Counted from the stretch's first letter, positions 8,497-19,920 are shown. The stretch: 64,000 nucleotides of DNA from Bacteroidetes bacterium CG12_big_fil_rev_8_21_14_0_65_60_17 (GCA_002787815.1 PCUY01000057.1:69930-133929); one strand, 5' to 3'. The notes: generated by a model from the sequence alone, not told the origin. Numbers and translations: made by a program.

Positions 8497-11136
8497 ATGA
8501 GCAGCGCACCCGACAAAATGGTATACCACTTCGGTGGTTCACGTACAGATGGCGACAGAAGCCTCAAGGCACTTCTTGGTGGCAAGGGAGCCAATCTCGC
8601 GGAAATGAGCTCTATCGGCCTGCCCGTGCCCCCCGGTTTTACGATCAGTACGGAGGCCTGTAAGTTCTACAGTGACAACCACCATCAGTGGCCCGACGGG
8701 CTTGATGCCCAGGTAGCGGCCGGTGTCAAGCACATCGAAGAAGCCATGGGTGCCGGTTTTGGTGATGCCAGCAGCCCTCTACTCGTTTCGGTTCGATCGG
8801 GTGCGGCTGTTTCCATGCCGGGAATGATGGATACGGTGCTCAACCTTGGCCTCAACGACGAGGCCGTGGATGGACTGGCGAAACACACAGGGAATCCACG
8901 GTTTGCCTACGATGCGTACAGGCGCTTCATCGATATGTTTGGTGACGTGGTCATGGGTGTCGGACACCAGCACTTCGAGGAAGCCATCGAAGAGCTCAAG
9001 GCAGAGCGCGGTGTTCAAAACGACGTGGATCTGTCAACGGACGATCTCATGCTGCTCGTTGATCGCTACAAGGCAATTTACCGGAAGCACACGGGATTCA
9101 TGTTTCCGGATGACCCGCGGGAGCAACTGAAACTGTCCATCAATGCCGTGTTCGGGTCATGGGACAGTGACCGGGCCGTCAAGTATCGGTCCATCAACAA
9201 AATCCAGGGCCTGATCGGTACGGCGGTCAATGTGCAGGCCATGGTTTTCGGCAACATGGGGGATAATTCCGGAACGGGTGTTCTGTTCACCAGGAATCCG
9301 TCCACGGGCGAGAACAAGCTGTATGGCGAGTTTCTTGTCAACGCACAGGGTGAGGACGTGGTCGCCGGTATCAGGACGCCGGAAGACATTTCGCAGATGG
9401 CAGATGAGTTTCCAGCAGCATACAAGCAGTTGGTGCAGGTCACCCACAAGCTGGAGGCTCACTACAAGAACATGCAGGACATTGAGTTCACGGTCCAGGA
9501 CGGCGACCTGTTCATTCTCCAGACCCGGAATGGGAAGCGTACCGGTGCGGCAGCGGTGAAGATCGCCGTGGACCTGGTGGAGGAGAAGGTTGTCTCACCA
9601 ACGGATGCTGTCCGCGATCTCGTGGAACCTGGTCATCTTGACCAGCTCCTGCATCCGGGATTCAAGGACCCGAGTGCCTACCGCGATTCGGTCATCGCCA
9701 AAGGCTTGCCCGCATCGCCCGGGGCGGCCGTCGGCAGAGTGGTTTTCTCGGCGGAGGCGGCGGAAGCTGCGGCAGAAAAAGGTGAAGATGTCCTGCTTGT
9801 TCGAATTGAAACGAGTCCTGAAGATGTGGGTGGAATGAATGCCGCCAAGGGAATTCTGACGTCCCGTGGAGGCATGACATCCCACGCTGCCGTCGTCGCC
9901 CGTGGGTGGGGAAAGCCGTGTGTTGCTGGTTGTGGGGAGATCGTGATCAACTACAAAGCGCAAACATTCACCAACGGCCAGGTGACCGTGAAAGAGAGGG
10001 ACTGGATCTCGATCAATGGGACGACAGGTGAAGTCGTTCTTGGAGCCCAGGACCTGGTGGAACCCGAGTTGACAGGCGACTTCGCCCGATTCATGAAATG
10101 GGTCGACGCCGAGCGCACCATGAAGGTCCGAACGAACGCAGATTCCCCGGCTGACGCTGCAAAAGCCATAGAGTTCGGTGCTGAAGGCATTGGCCTGTGT
10201 CGGACAGAACACATGTTCTTCGAGGGGGAGCGGATTGACCGCATGCGTGAGATGATACTTGCCGAAACGGAGGAGGAGCGTCGCAAGGCACTTTCAAAGC
10301 TCCTTCCCTACCAGAAAGAGGACTTCATCGGGATTTTCCGGGCCATGGCTGGCAAACCTGTAACAGTGCGCCTGCTCGACCCGCCACTGCATGAGTTCCT
10401 GCCGCACGGCGAAGAGGAAGCAAAGGAAATGGCGACCAAGATGGGCGTGTCCCTGGATGTCGTCAAGGCGAAAATTGCGTTTCTTTCGGAGTTCAACCCC
10501 ATGCTGGGCCATCGTGGCTGCAGGCTGGGTGTCACCTACCCGGAAATTACCGAAATGCAGACGCGTGCCATTCTGGAAGCAGCTGTGGAGCTCGATCAGG
10601 AGGGTGTCAACGTGTTGCCGGAAATCATGGTACCCCTTATTGGTACAGTGGAGGAATTTGCCCACCAGAAAGCTGTTATCACGCGAACGGCCAATGATGT
10701 ATTCGCGGAAAAGAAGCACACGGTAGCCTATCTGGTTGGCACGATGATTGAAATTCCACGGGCCGCCCTGACCGCGCATGAAATTGCAGTGGAGGCGGAG
10801 TTTTTCTCGTTCGGCACCAACGACCTGACTCAGATGACATTTGGTTACTCCCGCGATGATGCGGGCAAATTCCTTCCGACGTACGTGGACCGCAAAATCC
10901 TCCAGGAAGATCCTTTCCAGTCCCTGGATGTCTCTGGTGTCGGCCAACTTGTCGAGATGGGTACGAAGCGGGGTCGGGAGGGACGCCCCGGCCTCAAGGT
11001 GGGTATCTGTGGCGAACACGGTGGTGATCCGCGTTCCGTACATTTCTGCCATGCCGTAGGTATGGACTATGTCTCCTGTTCGCCGTTCCGGGTGCCGATT
11101 GCCCGGCTGGCTGCAGCCCAGGCTGCCCTTTCGTAA
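8497..11136 (+). CDS. ppdK: pyruvate, phosphate dikinase
   Basis: The ORF is open from 8341, but the conserved N-terminus [19 protein letters not shown] begins just after the ATG at 8497 (MSSAPDK). Phosphohistidine region [20 protein letters not shown]-terminal PEP-utiliser motifs are GLCRTEHMF and [10 protein letters not shown]. Confidence 0.95.
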   Translation: MSSAPDKMVYHFGGSRTDGDRSLKALLGGKGANLAEMSSIGLPVPPGFTISTEACKFYSDNHHQWPDGLDAQVAAGVKHIEEAMGAGFGDASSPLLVSVRSGAAVSMPGMMDTVLNLGLNDEAVDGLAKHTGNPRFAYDAYRRFIDMFGDVVMGVGHQHFEEAIEELKAERGVQNDVDLSTDDLMLLVDRYKAIYRKHTGFMFPDDPREQLKLSINAVFGSWDSDRAVKYRSINKIQGLIGTAVNVQAMVFGNMGDNSGTGVLFTRNPSTGENKLYGEFLVNAQGEDVVAGIRTPEDISQMADEFPAAYKQLVQVTHKLEAHYKNMQDIEFTVQDGDLFILQTRNGKRTGAAAVKIAVDLVEEKVVSPTDAVRDLVEPGHLDQLLHPGFKDPSAYRDSVIAKGLPASPGAAVGRVVFSAEAAEAAAEKGEDVLLVRIETSPEDVGGMNAAKGILTSRGGMTSHAAVVARGWGKPCVAGCGEIVINYKAQTFTNGQVTVKERDWISINGTTGEVVLGAQDLVEPELTGDFARFMKWVDAERTMKVRTNADSPADAAKAIEFGAEGIGLCRTEHMFFEGERIDRMREMILAETEEERRKALSKLLPYQKEDFIGIFRAMAGKPVTVRLLDPPLHEFLPHGEEEAKEMATKMGVSLDVVKAKIAFLSEFNPMLGHRGCRLGVTYPEITEMQTRAILEAAVELDQEGVNVLPEIMVPLIGTVEEFAHQKAVITRTANDVFAEKKHTVAYLVGTMIEIPRAALTAHEIAVEAEFFSFGTNDLTQMTFGYSRDDAGKFLPTYVDRKILQEDPFQSLDVSGVGQLVEMGTKRGREGRPGLKVGICGEHGGDPRSVHFCHAVGMDYVSCSPFRVPIARLAAAQAALS

Positions 11137-11168
11137 GATCAGGGCGTAATCACTCAACGCCCGGGTTC

Positions 11169-11202
11169 GGGGCCGCGCCGTGAAACTCCACGGCGCGGCC
11201 CC
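11169..11202 (+). terminator. GC-rich perfect hairpin downstream of ppdK (14-bp stem, 6-nt loop); putative terminator without a clear U-tract
   Basis: ggggccgcgccgtg-aaactc-cacggcgcggcccc read directly, beginning 33 nt after the ppdK stop. Confidence 0.6.
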
Positions 11203-11247
11203 CGTCTACACTGAGTGAATCCTATACACCCCAGGGCACGAGCAACC

Positions 11248-11478
11248 ATGAGTGAAAATACCCGAAGTGACGCGTTCGAAGAGGCCTGCAATGCATTCCG
11301 GCAGCTGTCGACAGAAGAGAAGGCAACATTTCTTGTTGAAACGGTAACGGGCGCCGTGGTGTCGGGCCTCGAAGAGGCCTCGGAGGCTGTTCTGGACGCG
11401 CTGCGCCGCGCGTGCGAGCCCTGCCGCGCGCAGGAACAGGAGCGGGATGCAGAGGATCCTCGAGACAAGGAATCCTGA
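11248..11478 (+). CDS. small acidic hypothetical protein (76 aa)
   Basis: ATG at 11248 lies downstream of the ppdK hairpin. Codon usage looks coding (G/C-rich third positions). The stop overlaps the next start (TGATG at 11476-11480). No family recognised. Competing antisense ORFs exist. Confidence 0.4.
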   Translation: MSENTRSDAFEEACNAFRQLSTEEKATFLVETVTGAVVSGLEEASEAVLDALRRACEPCRAQEQERDAEDPRDKES

Positions 11479-11747
11479 TGCCAGCCACAGACGACGGGCA
11501 TGCGTCGCGCAATGCAGCGTCCCCACGCGAACCGCAGCGCGTTGTCCTGCCCGGTGAACTGAATCTACTGGGGAGGGCAGTCTATCTGGCAGGGTCCATC
11601 ATCGGATTGGCAACCCGCACGGCAGGCGCCGCGTTGGACAGCGCCCAGACGATCTGGCATGCGTCCGAACGGGCCTTCCATGCCGGGCTGGACGAGGGCG
11701 TGGAAGATGCCCGCATTGTGGAGGAAGTGGACCGGGATCAGTCCTGA
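11478..11747 (+). CDS. small hypothetical protein (89 aa) with one hydrophobic segment (LLGRAVYLAGSIIGLATRTAGAAL)
   Basis: ATG at 11478 is coupled to the upstream ORF. The 3' end overlaps the lon stop region by 10 nt (convergent). No family recognised. Confidence 0.4.
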   Translation: MPATDDGHASRNAASPREPQRVVLPGELNLLGRAVYLAGSIIGLATRTAGAALDSAQTIWHASERAFHAGLDEGVEDARIVEEVDRDQS

Positions 11748-14200
11748 TTCTTCTTCTCGTCTGGTACCTTGAAACAGGTTTGCGGATTCCTGACCGGACG
11801 TTTGAGGAGTGTATGTTCGAGGACGTCATCCATCCGGTGAACGTACTCCACCTTGAGTCCGCGCAATGAGGAGGGCTTGATCTCGTCTACATCTTTCCTG
11901 TTCTTATCAGGCAAAATGACCATCTTTATGCCTGCCCGTTTGGCCGCGAGGACCTTCTCCTTGATTCCACCCACCGGAAGCACCAGACCCCGGAGGGTTA
12001 TTTCACCCGTCATGGCCACATTGTGTCTCACGCGCCTCTGTGTATAGATGGAAATGATGGCTGTCATCATGGCAACACCCGCGGACGGCCCGTCTTTTGG
12101 AATGGCCCCTGCAGGTACGTGGATATGCAGATCCCAGTGCTTGAACGCATCGGGAGGAATGGACCAATCCTCTGCATTGCTTTTGACGTAGGAGAGGGCT
12201 GCCTGCGCTGATTCTTTCATGACTTCTCCAAGCTGACCGGTGAGGATCATGCGACCCGTACCCCGGGACACCGATGCTTCAATGAACAGGATGTCCCCAC
12301 CGACGGGTGTCCACGCCAGACCCGTGGAGACACCCGGAACTTCAGTTCGTTCGGCTGTGTCCGAGAAATGTTTACGTGCCTGGAGGTAAGTTTCAATATC
12401 GGCTTCGTCGACGGTTTCACCCTTGGATTCCTCCGTTGCGACCCGCTTTGCCACGCCCCTGGCCACGGAACCGATGGTCCGCTCCAGCTGGCGTACTCCT
12501 GACTCCCGGGTATACCCGTCAATGACCAGTTTCAGAGCCTTATCGGTAATCTTGAACTGGCCATTGGCCAAGCCGTTACGTTCCCGTTGCCGCGGTACCA
12601 GATACTGTTTGGCAATGGCGAGCTTTTCTTCCTGGGTGTATCCGGTGATTTCTATCATTTCCATCCTGTCACGTAGCGGTGCAGGAATCATTTCCAGATA
12701 GTTTGCCGTGGCAATGAAGAGCACGTTGGACAGGTCATAGTCCAACTCGAGATAATGGTCGTTGAAGGCGAAGTTCTGCTCGGGATCGAGTACTTCGAGC
12801 AGGGCAGACGAGGGGTCTCCCCGGAAATCATTGCCCAGCTTGTCGACTTCGTCCAGCATGAACACAGGATTGGCCGTGCCGGCCTTTTTCATCCCCTGGA
12901 TGATGCGACCCGGAAGGGCGCCGACGTATGTCCGTCGGTGACCTCGAATTTCGGCTTCGTCGCGTACACCTCCCAGACTCATCCGGACGAACTCCCGTCC
13001 GAGCGCCCGGGCAATGCTTTTTCCCAGGCTGGTTTTGCCAACACCGGGAGGACCGTGAAAGCACAGGATGGGAGCCTTCATGTCTCCCTTCAGCTTCAAT
13101 ACCGCCAAGTGCTCCAGGATGCGCCTCTTTACCTGCTCCAGACCGTAATGATCTTCGTCCAGGACAGTCGTGGCACGCTTTATATCGAGCTTGTCCTTGG
13201 AGTAATGCTGCCAAGGGATGTCCAGAATCCAGTCAATGTAGTTTCGCGTTACCGCGTAATCGGGTGAAGCCGGATTGGACCGGGCCAGCCGCTCCAATTC
13301 CTTTTCAGCTGCGGCGCGGACATGTTCAGGTATCTCTTTTTCCTCAAGGCGTTGCCGCAGCTCCGACACCTCACCGGCGGTGCCCTCGCCTTCTCCGAGT
13401 TCGTCCTGGATGGCTTTCATCTGCTGGCGCAGCAGGTACTCGCGCTGCTGCTGGTCGACGTCTGTCTTGACTCGTGTCCTGATTTCCTCGGACAGCTGGA
13501 GGACCTGTAATTCCTGGTTGAGGTGGTCCATGACAAGCTCAGCCCGCTCAATGAGGGGTACGGTCTCAAGCAGCTCCTGCTTGTCTTCCACTTCAATCTG
13601 CAGATTCGATGCGATGAAATGGATCAGGAAGGTGGGCGAATCGATGTTCTGGATGGCGTAGGCAGCTTCGCTGGGCAGATTGGGAGACAGGTTCACAATC
13701 TGGATTGCCAATTCCTTGATGGAACGGATTCGTGCCTCCAGTTCCACGTTGCCATCCAGAGTGTCTTCCGGCACGGCGGATACCCGGGCCGTGAAGTACG
13801 GATCTTCCTGTATATACTCCGTCACACGGAATCTCCGTTTGCCCTGGATTACGATGGACTTGCTGCCATCCGGCATCTTGATGAGTTTCAGGATACTCGC
13901 AACGGTCCCGAAATTGAAGAGGTCGGAGGGAGCCGGGTTCTCCGTCTCTGTGCTTCGCTGGGCTACGACCCCGATGAGACGATCATCGCCGAACGCATCT
14001 TTGACCAGTTTCAGCGATGTGTCCCGACCCACGGTGATGGGAAGAACCACGCCTGGAAAGAGTACCGTATTTCGGAGCGTCAAGATGGGAAGCACATCCG
14101 GAATCTCGGATGTGCTCATCTCTTTTTCTTCATCTGCCGTCGGCAGTGGAATGCTCTGTTCGGGATCGTCGCCGACAACAAGTATGAGGTCCTGGGGCAT
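11738..14200 (-). CDS. lon: ATP-dependent Lon protease
   Basis: Lon N-domain [23 protein letters not shown], Walker [19 protein letters not shown], catalytic-serine region [18 protein letters not shown] place the start at ATG 14200 (MPQDL...). The ORF is open to 14281. Confidence 0.93.
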   Translation of the reverse strand: MPQDLILVVGDDPEQSIPLPTADEEKEMSTSEIPDVLPILTLRNTVLFPGVVLPITVGRDTSLKLVKDAFGDDRLIGVVAQRSTETENPAPSDLFNFGTVASILKLIKMPDGSKSIVIQGKRRFRVTEYIQEDPYFTARVSAVPEDTLDGNVELEARIRSIKELAIQIVNLSPNLPSEAAYAIQNIDSPTFLIHFIASNLQIEVEDKQELLETVPLIERAELVMDHLNQELQVLQLSEEIRTRVKTDVDQQQREYLLRQQMKAIQDELGEGEGTAGEVSELRQRLEEKEIPEHVRAAAEKELERLARSNPASPDYAVTRNYIDWILDIPWQHYSKDKLDIKRATTVLDEDHYGLEQVKRRILEHLAVLKLKGDMKAPILCFHGPPGVGKTSLGKSIARALGREFVRMSLGGVRDEAEIRGHRRTYVGALPGRIIQGMKKAGTANPVFMLDEVDKLGNDFRGDPSSALLEVLDPEQNFAFNDHYLELDYDLSNVLFIATANYLEMIPAPLRDRMEMIEITGYTQEEKLAIAKQYLVPRQRERNGLANGQFKITDKALKLVIDGYTRESGVRQLERTIGSVARGVAKRVATEESKGETVDEADIETYLQARKHFSDTAERTEVPGVSTGLAWTPVGGDILFIEASVSRGTGRMILTGQLGEVMKESAQAALSYVKSNAEDWSIPPDAFKHWDLHIHVPAGAIPKDGPSAGVAMMTAIISIYTQRRVRHNVAMTGEITLRGLVLPVGGIKEKVLAAKRAGIKMVILPDKNRKDVDEIKPSSLRGLKVEYVHRMDDVLEHTLLKRPVRNPQTCFKVPDEKKNQD

Positions 14201-14294
14201 GTACTCTCGCGGTTCTCTGAAGGATGTAGGTTGGGTCGGGGTGAGGGCAAAAACCACGCCAAACCCGGTAACCTGACACAATGGCGGATGCGGT

Positions 14295-15722
14295 TCAGAC
14301 CAGGTCCACGATGGTGTCTATGAGTTCGTCAATTTTGAAAGGCTTGGTAAGTACGCGTCGGATGACGTGCTGGTCCACAGACAGGTCGGTATCGCCAGTG
14401 AGCAGGACGATAACAGTGTCGGGCCACCTGTTGTGAGCCTGTTCCGCAAAATCCCGGCCAGACATTTCCGGCATTCCCTGGTCGGTGAAGATCAGGTCCA
14501 CGGAGTGCGTCTCCAGAATCCGAATTGCCTCATGCCCCGAGGAAGCCGTGTACACGTTATATCCACGAAGCTGTAACAGTTGCGACACGACGTTTCGGAT
14601 CATGGCTTCATCGTCCACGATCAGAATGGACACGGCATCAGCGCCCGGTGCGGCCTGGGCCCGCGCGCGGCGACGTGGTTCAGGCTCTTCGTCATTTTTT
14701 CCCGATGTGGCTACAGGGAAGGAAAGCGTAAACGTGGATCCTGCTCCGGGGGCGGAAGCAACAGAAATGGAACCGTCATGCTCCCGGACAATGCCGGCCG
14801 CAATGGAGAGTCCCATCCCTGTTCCACGCTCTCCTTTCGTGGAATAAAGTGGTTCGAAGATGCGCGTACGCACATCTTCTGTCATGCCCGTGCCAGAGTC
14901 CTCGACGTCCACACGGATATGCTTCCCGCTGGACGCGCCCCGGATGGACAGCCGACCGCCATCCGGCATGGCATGGACCGCATTCAGGATCAGGTTTACG
15001 AACACGTCACGCAACTCGGACGCCGAACCACGTATGGATGGCAATTCGGGGACCAGCATATCGAAGGATATGGAGATACCCTGACGGCGGGGTTCGTTGT
15101 ACCAGTAAGGCCGGGTAAACGTCATGCAATCCACAAGGAGGGCCCGCATGTCGACCGTGCCGAATGTACTTCGTGACTCCTGCCGGATGTACTTCTGGAC
15201 CTTGTTGATCAGGTCTGCTCCGTCGGAAGCCGCACGTTCTATGGTATTCAGGTGCATGTCGGCTCGTTTCGCACCGTCCGGATCCTCCTGTCGCCACAAC
15301 TCAAGGTGACCGAGAATACCACTGAGCAGATTGTTGAAGTCATGTGCCATTCCCATGGTCATGCGTCCCAGCGTTTCCATTCGGTGGCGTTCGGTATGGC
15401 TCTCTGTCCACGTCGTGGGTTCAACAAGGAGCTCCCCGGTTATGGAGACGGCGTGTCCCTGTCCGGACATTACTGGCACAAAATGAAGAAGGAGGGGTAG
15501 GGGTTGATCCCGGTCGGGCCGATCGACCAGGAACAGTGCGTGCGTAACCAACGTGCCACTGGCCGCCTCCTGGATATTCCGGGCGGCTGTTTCCCTATCG
15601 TCCGCCTGAAGGTGGATCCATGGGTCGTCACTGGCGCCGAGGATCTCCTTCCAGGCCCGGTTCCGGAAGTTGATCTGCCCGTGGTCATTGGCCGTAGCTA
15701 CAAGAAGTTCCGGTTCTATCAT
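14295..15722 (-). CDS. cytoplasmic hybrid sensor histidine kinase / response regulator (PAS - HisKA - HATPase_c - REC)
   Basis: H-box MGMAHDFNNLLSGILGHLEL, N/G boxes NLILNAVHAMPDGG and DSGTGM..GTGMGLS, C-terminal receiver ILIVDDE...DLIFTDQGMPEMSG...TKPF. No TM segment seen. The track ORF starts at a TTG at 15791, sharing a base with the divergent CBS start. ATG 15722 leaves a 68-nt divergent promoter region and is my preferred start. Confidence 0.8.
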   Translation of the reverse strand: MIEPELLVATANDHGQINFRNRAWKEILGASDDPWIHLQADDRETAARNIQEAASGTLVTHALFLVDRPDRDQPLPLLLHFVPVMSGQGHAVSITGELLVEPTTWTESHTERHRMETLGRMTMGMAHDFNNLLSGILGHLELWRQEDPDGAKRADMHLNTIERAASDGADLINKVQKYIRQESRSTFGTVDMRALLVDCMTFTRPYWYNEPRRQGISISFDMLVPELPSIRGSASELRDVFVNLILNAVHAMPDGGRLSIRGASSGKHIRVDVEDSGTGMTEDVRTRIFEPLYSTKGERGTGMGLSIAAGIVREHDGSISVASAPGAGSTFTLSFPVATSGKNDEEPEPRRRARAQAAPGADAVSILIVDDEAMIRNVVSQLLQLRGYNVYTASSGHEAIRILETHSVDLIFTDQGMPEMSGRDFAEQAHNRWPDTVIVLLTGDTDLSVDQHVIRRVLTKPFKIDELIDTIVDLV

Positions 15723-15790
15723 GCCGTTGGCATCCAATCTGCATTCAAAAGTCTGTACCTTCCGGGTACCTGTAACAGCTCGAAAATACA

Positions 15791-17173
15791 ATGTGGCACG
15801 ACAGTATCCTTGAGACCATTGGAAACACGCCTCTGGTACGGCTGAACCGGGTCGTGGCGGGTAGTCCCTGCACGGTTCTGGCCAAGGTGGAATATTTCAA
15901 TCCCGGATTATCGGTGAAAGACAGGATTGGTCTGTCCATGATCAAGGCAGCGGAAGAGGCAGGTGAGCTGAAGCCGGGGGGGACGATTGTGGAGGGCACC
16001 AGCGGCAATACGGGCACAGGGTTGGCACTGGTGGCGATAGCCAAGGGATACCGGTGTATTTTTACGACAACGGACAAGCAAAGTCAGGAGAAAGTTGACG
16101 TTCTCCGGGCCATGGGTGCCGAGGTTCTGGTCTGTCCAACGAATGTGGCACCCGACGACCCGCGCTCCTACTACAGTACGGCGCGCCGTCTTGCAGACGA
16201 AATTCCCGGAGCTGTGTATCTCAATCAGTACGACAATCCGGCCAATGCCAAGGCTCACTATGAATCGACGGGACCTGAGCTGTGGGAACAGACAGAGGGG
16301 AAAATTACACATTTCATTGCCACGGCAGGTACGGGTGGTACTATTTCGGGGACAGCCAGATATCTGAAGGAGAAAAACCCCGACATCAAGGTGATTGGTG
16401 TGGACACATACGGATCTGTATACCACAAATACTTTTTCACCCGCGAATTCGATGAGTCGGAAATCTACCCATATGTCACCGAAGGTGTTGGCGAGGACAT
16501 TCTGGCAGGCAACATGGACTTCGATGCCATAGACGATTTTATGCGCGCCACGGACAAGGAAAACATGCTGATGACCCGTCGGCTGGCGCGGGAAGAAGGA
16601 CTGTTTGTGGGTCAGTCATGTGGCCTGGCGGTAGCCGGGACACTCAAATGGATTGAGGCGAACCGCGCGTCCCTCTCTGAAAACGATCTGATTGTTGTGT
16701 TGCTGCCAGATTCCGGCTTTCGCTACCTGTCCAAGACGTACAACGACACCTGGATGCGTAACAACGGGTTTCTGGCGGAACGACCCGAACTCAGGGCATC
16801 CCAGATTGGTATGCGCGCGGCGCTGCAGTCCGTGGGACCCGGGGAAACACTGGGCACGGCGGCAGACATGATGGTTGAGGGCGGGGTATCCCAGATACCT
16901 GTACTCGAGGGCGATGAGGTGGTGGGAAGCCTGACGGATAATGACGTCCTGAGTCGACTTATTCGCGAGCCTGATGCCCGTGATCACCTGATCGGAGAGA
17001 ACATGGGGCCCCCTCTGCCCGTAGTGGGCCCGGAAACCCCGTTGGAAGGACTGACGAGGCATCTGAGCACGCCCCCCGGCGCTGTATTGGTCCGGCACGA
17101 CGCTTCCTGGCAGATCATCACAAGAAGTGACGTAATTGAGGCGCTTTCACAACAAACAACGTCAAACGCATGA
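15791..17173 (+). CDS. cystathionine beta-synthase (PLP-dependent CysK/CBS fold plus a C-terminal CBS-domain pair)
   Basis: 460 aa. PLP-lysine motif NPGLSVKDRIG, GTSGNTGTGLA. The C-terminal ~120 aa has the CBS-pair look (VSQIPVLEGDEVVGSLTDNDVL ... AVLVRHDASWQIITRSDV). Confidence 0.88.
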   Translation: MWHDSILETIGNTPLVRLNRVVAGSPCTVLAKVEYFNPGLSVKDRIGLSMIKAAEEAGELKPGGTIVEGTSGNTGTGLALVAIAKGYRCIFTTTDKQSQEKVDVLRAMGAEVLVCPTNVAPDDPRSYYSTARRLADEIPGAVYLNQYDNPANAKAHYESTGPELWEQTEGKITHFIATAGTGGTISGTARYLKEKNPDIKVIGVDTYGSVYHKYFFTREFDESEIYPYVTEGVGEDILAGNMDFDAIDDFMRATDKENMLMTRRLAREEGLFVGQSCGLAVAGTLKWIEANRASLSENDLIVVLLPDSGFRYLSKTYNDTWMRNNGFLAERPELRASQIGMRAALQSVGPGETLGTAADMMVEGGVSQIPVLEGDEVVGSLTDNDVLSRLIREPDARDHLIGENMGPPLPVVGPETPLEGLTRHLSTPPGAVLVRHDASWQIITRSDVIEALSQQTTSNA

Positions 17174-17499
17174 GTAAAGGCAATCAGGAAGAAACAGCAC
17201 CGTCGGGCAAGCAGATCAACATTGAATTGTCGGAGGACACGGCCGAGGGCATTTATTCCAATCTTGTGATGCTGGCACACTCCTCGGAAGAATTCATCCT
17301 GGACTTCATCCGTGTCATGCCGGGTGTACCCAAGGCCAGGGTAAAGAGCAGGATTATTGTGACACCCCAACATGCCAAGCGGCTCCTGCACGCACTGGCG
17401 GAGAATATCGACAGGTTCGAGCAGTCACACGGAGAAATCGACGAATCTCGAGCCCAGAGCCCCGCTGTCCACTTTGGCGTACCCGGTGGCGAGGCCTGA
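17170..17499 (+). CDS. DUF3467-family small protein
   Basis: 109 aa. INIELSEDTAEGIYSNLVMLAHSSEEFILDFIRVMPG...ARVKSRIIVTPQHAKRLLHAL matches my memory of DUF3467. ATGA overlap with the CBS stop. Confidence 0.65.
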   Translation: MSKGNQEETAPSGKQINIELSEDTAEGIYSNLVMLAHSSEEFILDFIRVMPGVPKARVKSRIIVTPQHAKRLLHALAENIDRFEQSHGEIDESRAQSPAVHFGVPGGEA

Positions 17500-17534
17500 T
17501 CCGGCAGCGGCCTTCCAGGGTCTGGTCGCCGTTC

Positions 17535-18653
17535 CTATTTTCGCGTTCTGAAAAGCACCGTCAGCCCAAACACCAGAAACAATGCGTGTGGAATGAGTGC
17601 GGTCATGAATGGTGACAGGGTTCCAGCATAGCCGAATGGCTCCGTCAATTTCATTGCCGACAGATAGGAGAAGGCGATAAACAGGGCCATGCCAACGCGA
17701 ACCGCCTGTCCTCCACGTCGCCGTACCGATGCAATCGGTACGGCCATAAGGAGCAGTATCAGGTGTGCGAACGGGTAGAAAATGCGTGCATGGTAAGCGA
17801 CAAGTGGTCGCTCGAGCCCATTCGCTCCGGTACGGCGCAGCGTGTCGATGTAATGAGCGGCATCGGTCAGCGTCATGGCATCGACGTCGCCCGTTGCCCG
17901 CGCCAGGTCACGGGGCGTAAGTGAGAGTACGGTGTCAATCCGGGCGCGACGGGTGCGGCTTTGCATACCCGACGCATCGAACGTGAAAACAACAGGGTCA
18001 CTCAGTCTCCATGCCGAGAGGGAGTCGACCCACGTCATACGGGGAGCCTCTATGCGGCGAGAGAGGTGTGACCAGGAGGAATAGTCCTCAAGCGTGACAT
18101 TCGTGGCCGTGCGGGAGCGGCGGTCGTAGAAGGACACGCTCATCATGCTCGACGGGCCGGTCTGGCGGTGTATGAACGAGCTTTCCACGCGGCTGGCAGC
18201 GTCGCGTGTGTATTCGAGTTCGAAGGCGAGTCGTGTGCGGTTTGATTCCGGTACGACCCAGCCGCCCAGGTAGAAAAGGGCGCCGGTGAGCACGGCGCCC
18301 AAGGCCAGGTAGGGCACCATGATCCGGTATATGGATACGCCGGAGGTCTGCAGGGATGAAATCTCCAGGTGTTGGGCCAGACGACCGGTCAGGAATATGG
18401 CGGACAGAAAGAGAGCCAGGGGAGACGTGAGACGGATGATCTCAGGTATATAACTTGGGTAATACACCAGGAAAACGTCCCGCATGCTGGCACCCCGATC
18501 CATGAAGTCGTCCACATATTCCACGTAATGCAGGACGATGAAAAACACAATGAGGCCTCCGACAAGTGTCAGATACCCCATGACAAGACGTTTGATGATG
18601 TGCAGGTCGTAGGTCAATGCGAAACGGAATGAAAGAAACGGCGAATAAGGCAC
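17535..18653 (-). CDS. LPS export ABC transporter permease, LptF/LptG (YjgP/YjgQ) family
   Basis: 372 aa. Three N-terminal TM helices, then a ~130-aa periplasmic beta-jellyroll-like insert, then three C-terminal TM helices. The N-terminal YDLHIIKRLVMGYL pattern is typical of the family. Confidence 0.78.
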   Translation of the reverse strand: MPYSPFLSFRFALTYDLHIIKRLVMGYLTLVGGLIVFFIVLHYVEYVDDFMDRGASMRDVFLVYYPSYIPEIIRLTSPLALFLSAIFLTGRLAQHLEISSLQTSGVSIYRIMVPYLALGAVLTGALFYLGGWVVPESNRTRLAFELEYTRDAASRVESSFIHRQTGPSSMMSVSFYDRRSRTATNVTLEDYSSWSHLSRRIEAPRMTWVDSLSAWRLSDPVVFTFDASGMQSRTRRARIDTVLSLTPRDLARATGDVDAMTLTDAAHYIDTLRRTGANGLERPLVAYHARIFYPFAHLILLLMAVPIASVRRRGGQAVRVGMALFIAFSYLSAMKLTEPFGYAGTLSPFMTALIPHALFLVFGLTVLFRTRK

Positions 18654-18743
18654 CAGCCCGGGGACAGCTTGTGCACCATGACGTCACAGGATGTAGTTTC
18701 TTGTGCATCCAATAATTGCATCAAAGTACGAAATCCGGAATCC

Positions 18744-19916
18744 ATGAAAGTTCACGAGTATCAGGCGAAGGAGATTCTTGCGAGGTACGGTGTGGCCGTG
18801 CAGCCCGGCCAGACAGCCACGACGGTGGAGGAGGCCGTTGCTGCCGCGGAGACCATGAAAAAAGAACGTGGAAGCACACTGTTTGTCGTCAAGGCTCAGA
18901 TTCACGCCGGAGGCCGTGGCAAGGGTGGGGGCGTGAAGTTGGCACGCGGCGTGGACGAGGTGCGTGAAAAGGCGGAAGCCATTCTTGGCATGCAGTTGGT
19001 CACGCATCAGACGGGCCCGGAGGGCCAGAAGGTGCGTACGGTACTTATCGCTGACGCCGTCGATATCAAGAAGGAATTCTACCTCGGCGTGACGCTCGAC
19101 CGCCAGCGCTGCATGCCGGTTATCATGGCATCCACCGAAGGCGGTGTCGAGATTGAAACCGTTGCCGAAGAGACGCCCGACAAGATCCTGAAGGAGTGGA
19201 TTGATCCGGTGATAGGCCTGCAGCCCTTCCAGGCCCGCAAAATCGCATTTGGCTTGGGCTTCGAAGGCACCGCCTTCAAGCAGGCGGTCAAGTTTGTGAC
19301 GCAGCTTTTCACGGCATACCAAGATGCAGACTGCACGCTGGCTGAGATCAATCCGCTTACGTTGACGGAGCAGGGAGACGTCATCGCTGTCGATGCCAAG
19401 ATGGACATTGATGACAATGCACTCTTCCGTCACAAAGATCTTGCTGCGTTGCGTGACGAGAATGAGGAAGATCCGCTGGAAGTGGAAGCCGGCACCCACA
19501 ACCTGAATTATATCAAATTGGATGGGAATGTGGGTTGCATGGTAAACGGGGCTGGATTGGCCATGGGAACGATGGATATCATCAAGTTGGCCGGGGGGGA
19601 GCCTGCCAACTTCCTTGACGTGGGAGGGAACGCGAATCCTGAAACCGTAGAAGCCGGCTTTCGCATCATACTGCGCGATCCGAATGTGAAAGCCATTCTC
19701 GTGAACATTTTCGGAGGTATTGTGCGCTGCGACCGCGTAGCCAGAGGGATTGTCCAGGCGGCACGGAATGTGGATATCCATGTCCCGCTCATTGTGCGAC
19801 TCCAGGGTACGAACGCCAAGGAGGCCCGTGAAATCCTGGACGGCAGTGGATTGAAGGTCGAGACGGCCACGCTCTTCCAGGAGGCGTCGGACAAGGTCAC
19901 GCAGGCACTTTCCTGA
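18744..19916 (+). CDS. sucC: succinyl-CoA synthetase (ADP-forming) beta subunit
   Basis: The conserved N-terminus MKVHEYQAKEILARYGV starts at ATG 18744; the ORF is open from 18669. VVKAQIHAGGRGKGGGVK, GNVGCMVNGAGLAMGTMD, NIFGGIVRCD. No sucD follows. Confidence 0.95.
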   Translation: MKVHEYQAKEILARYGVAVQPGQTATTVEEAVAAAETMKKERGSTLFVVKAQIHAGGRGKGGGVKLARGVDEVREKAEAILGMQLVTHQTGPEGQKVRTVLIADAVDIKKEFYLGVTLDRQRCMPVIMASTEGGVEIETVAEETPDKILKEWIDPVIGLQPFQARKIAFGLGFEGTAFKQAVKFVTQLFTAYQDADCTLAEINPLTLTEQGDVIAVDAKMDIDDNALFRHKDLAALRDENEEDPLEVEAGTHNLNYIKLDGNVGCMVNGAGLAMGTMDIIKLAGGEPANFLDVGGNANPETVEAGFRIILRDPNVKAILVNIFGGIVRCDRVARGIVQAARNVDIHVPLIVRLQGTNAKEAREILDGSGLKVETATLFQEASDKVTQALS

Positions 19917-19920
19917 TCAG

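Noticed and set aside
11154-11526. Three overlapping minus-strand ORFs (96-115 aa) in the ppdK-lon gap.
   Set aside because: They are Arg/Ser/Pro-rich with no start context, and they overlap the ppdK 3' end or its terminator hairpin. The plus-strand coupled pair is the more plausible coding interpretation, though itself low-confidence.
18684-19781. 365-aa minus-strand ORF spanning almost all of sucC.
   Set aside because: It is antisense to a textbook SucC sequence, and no motifs are present. Shadow ORF.
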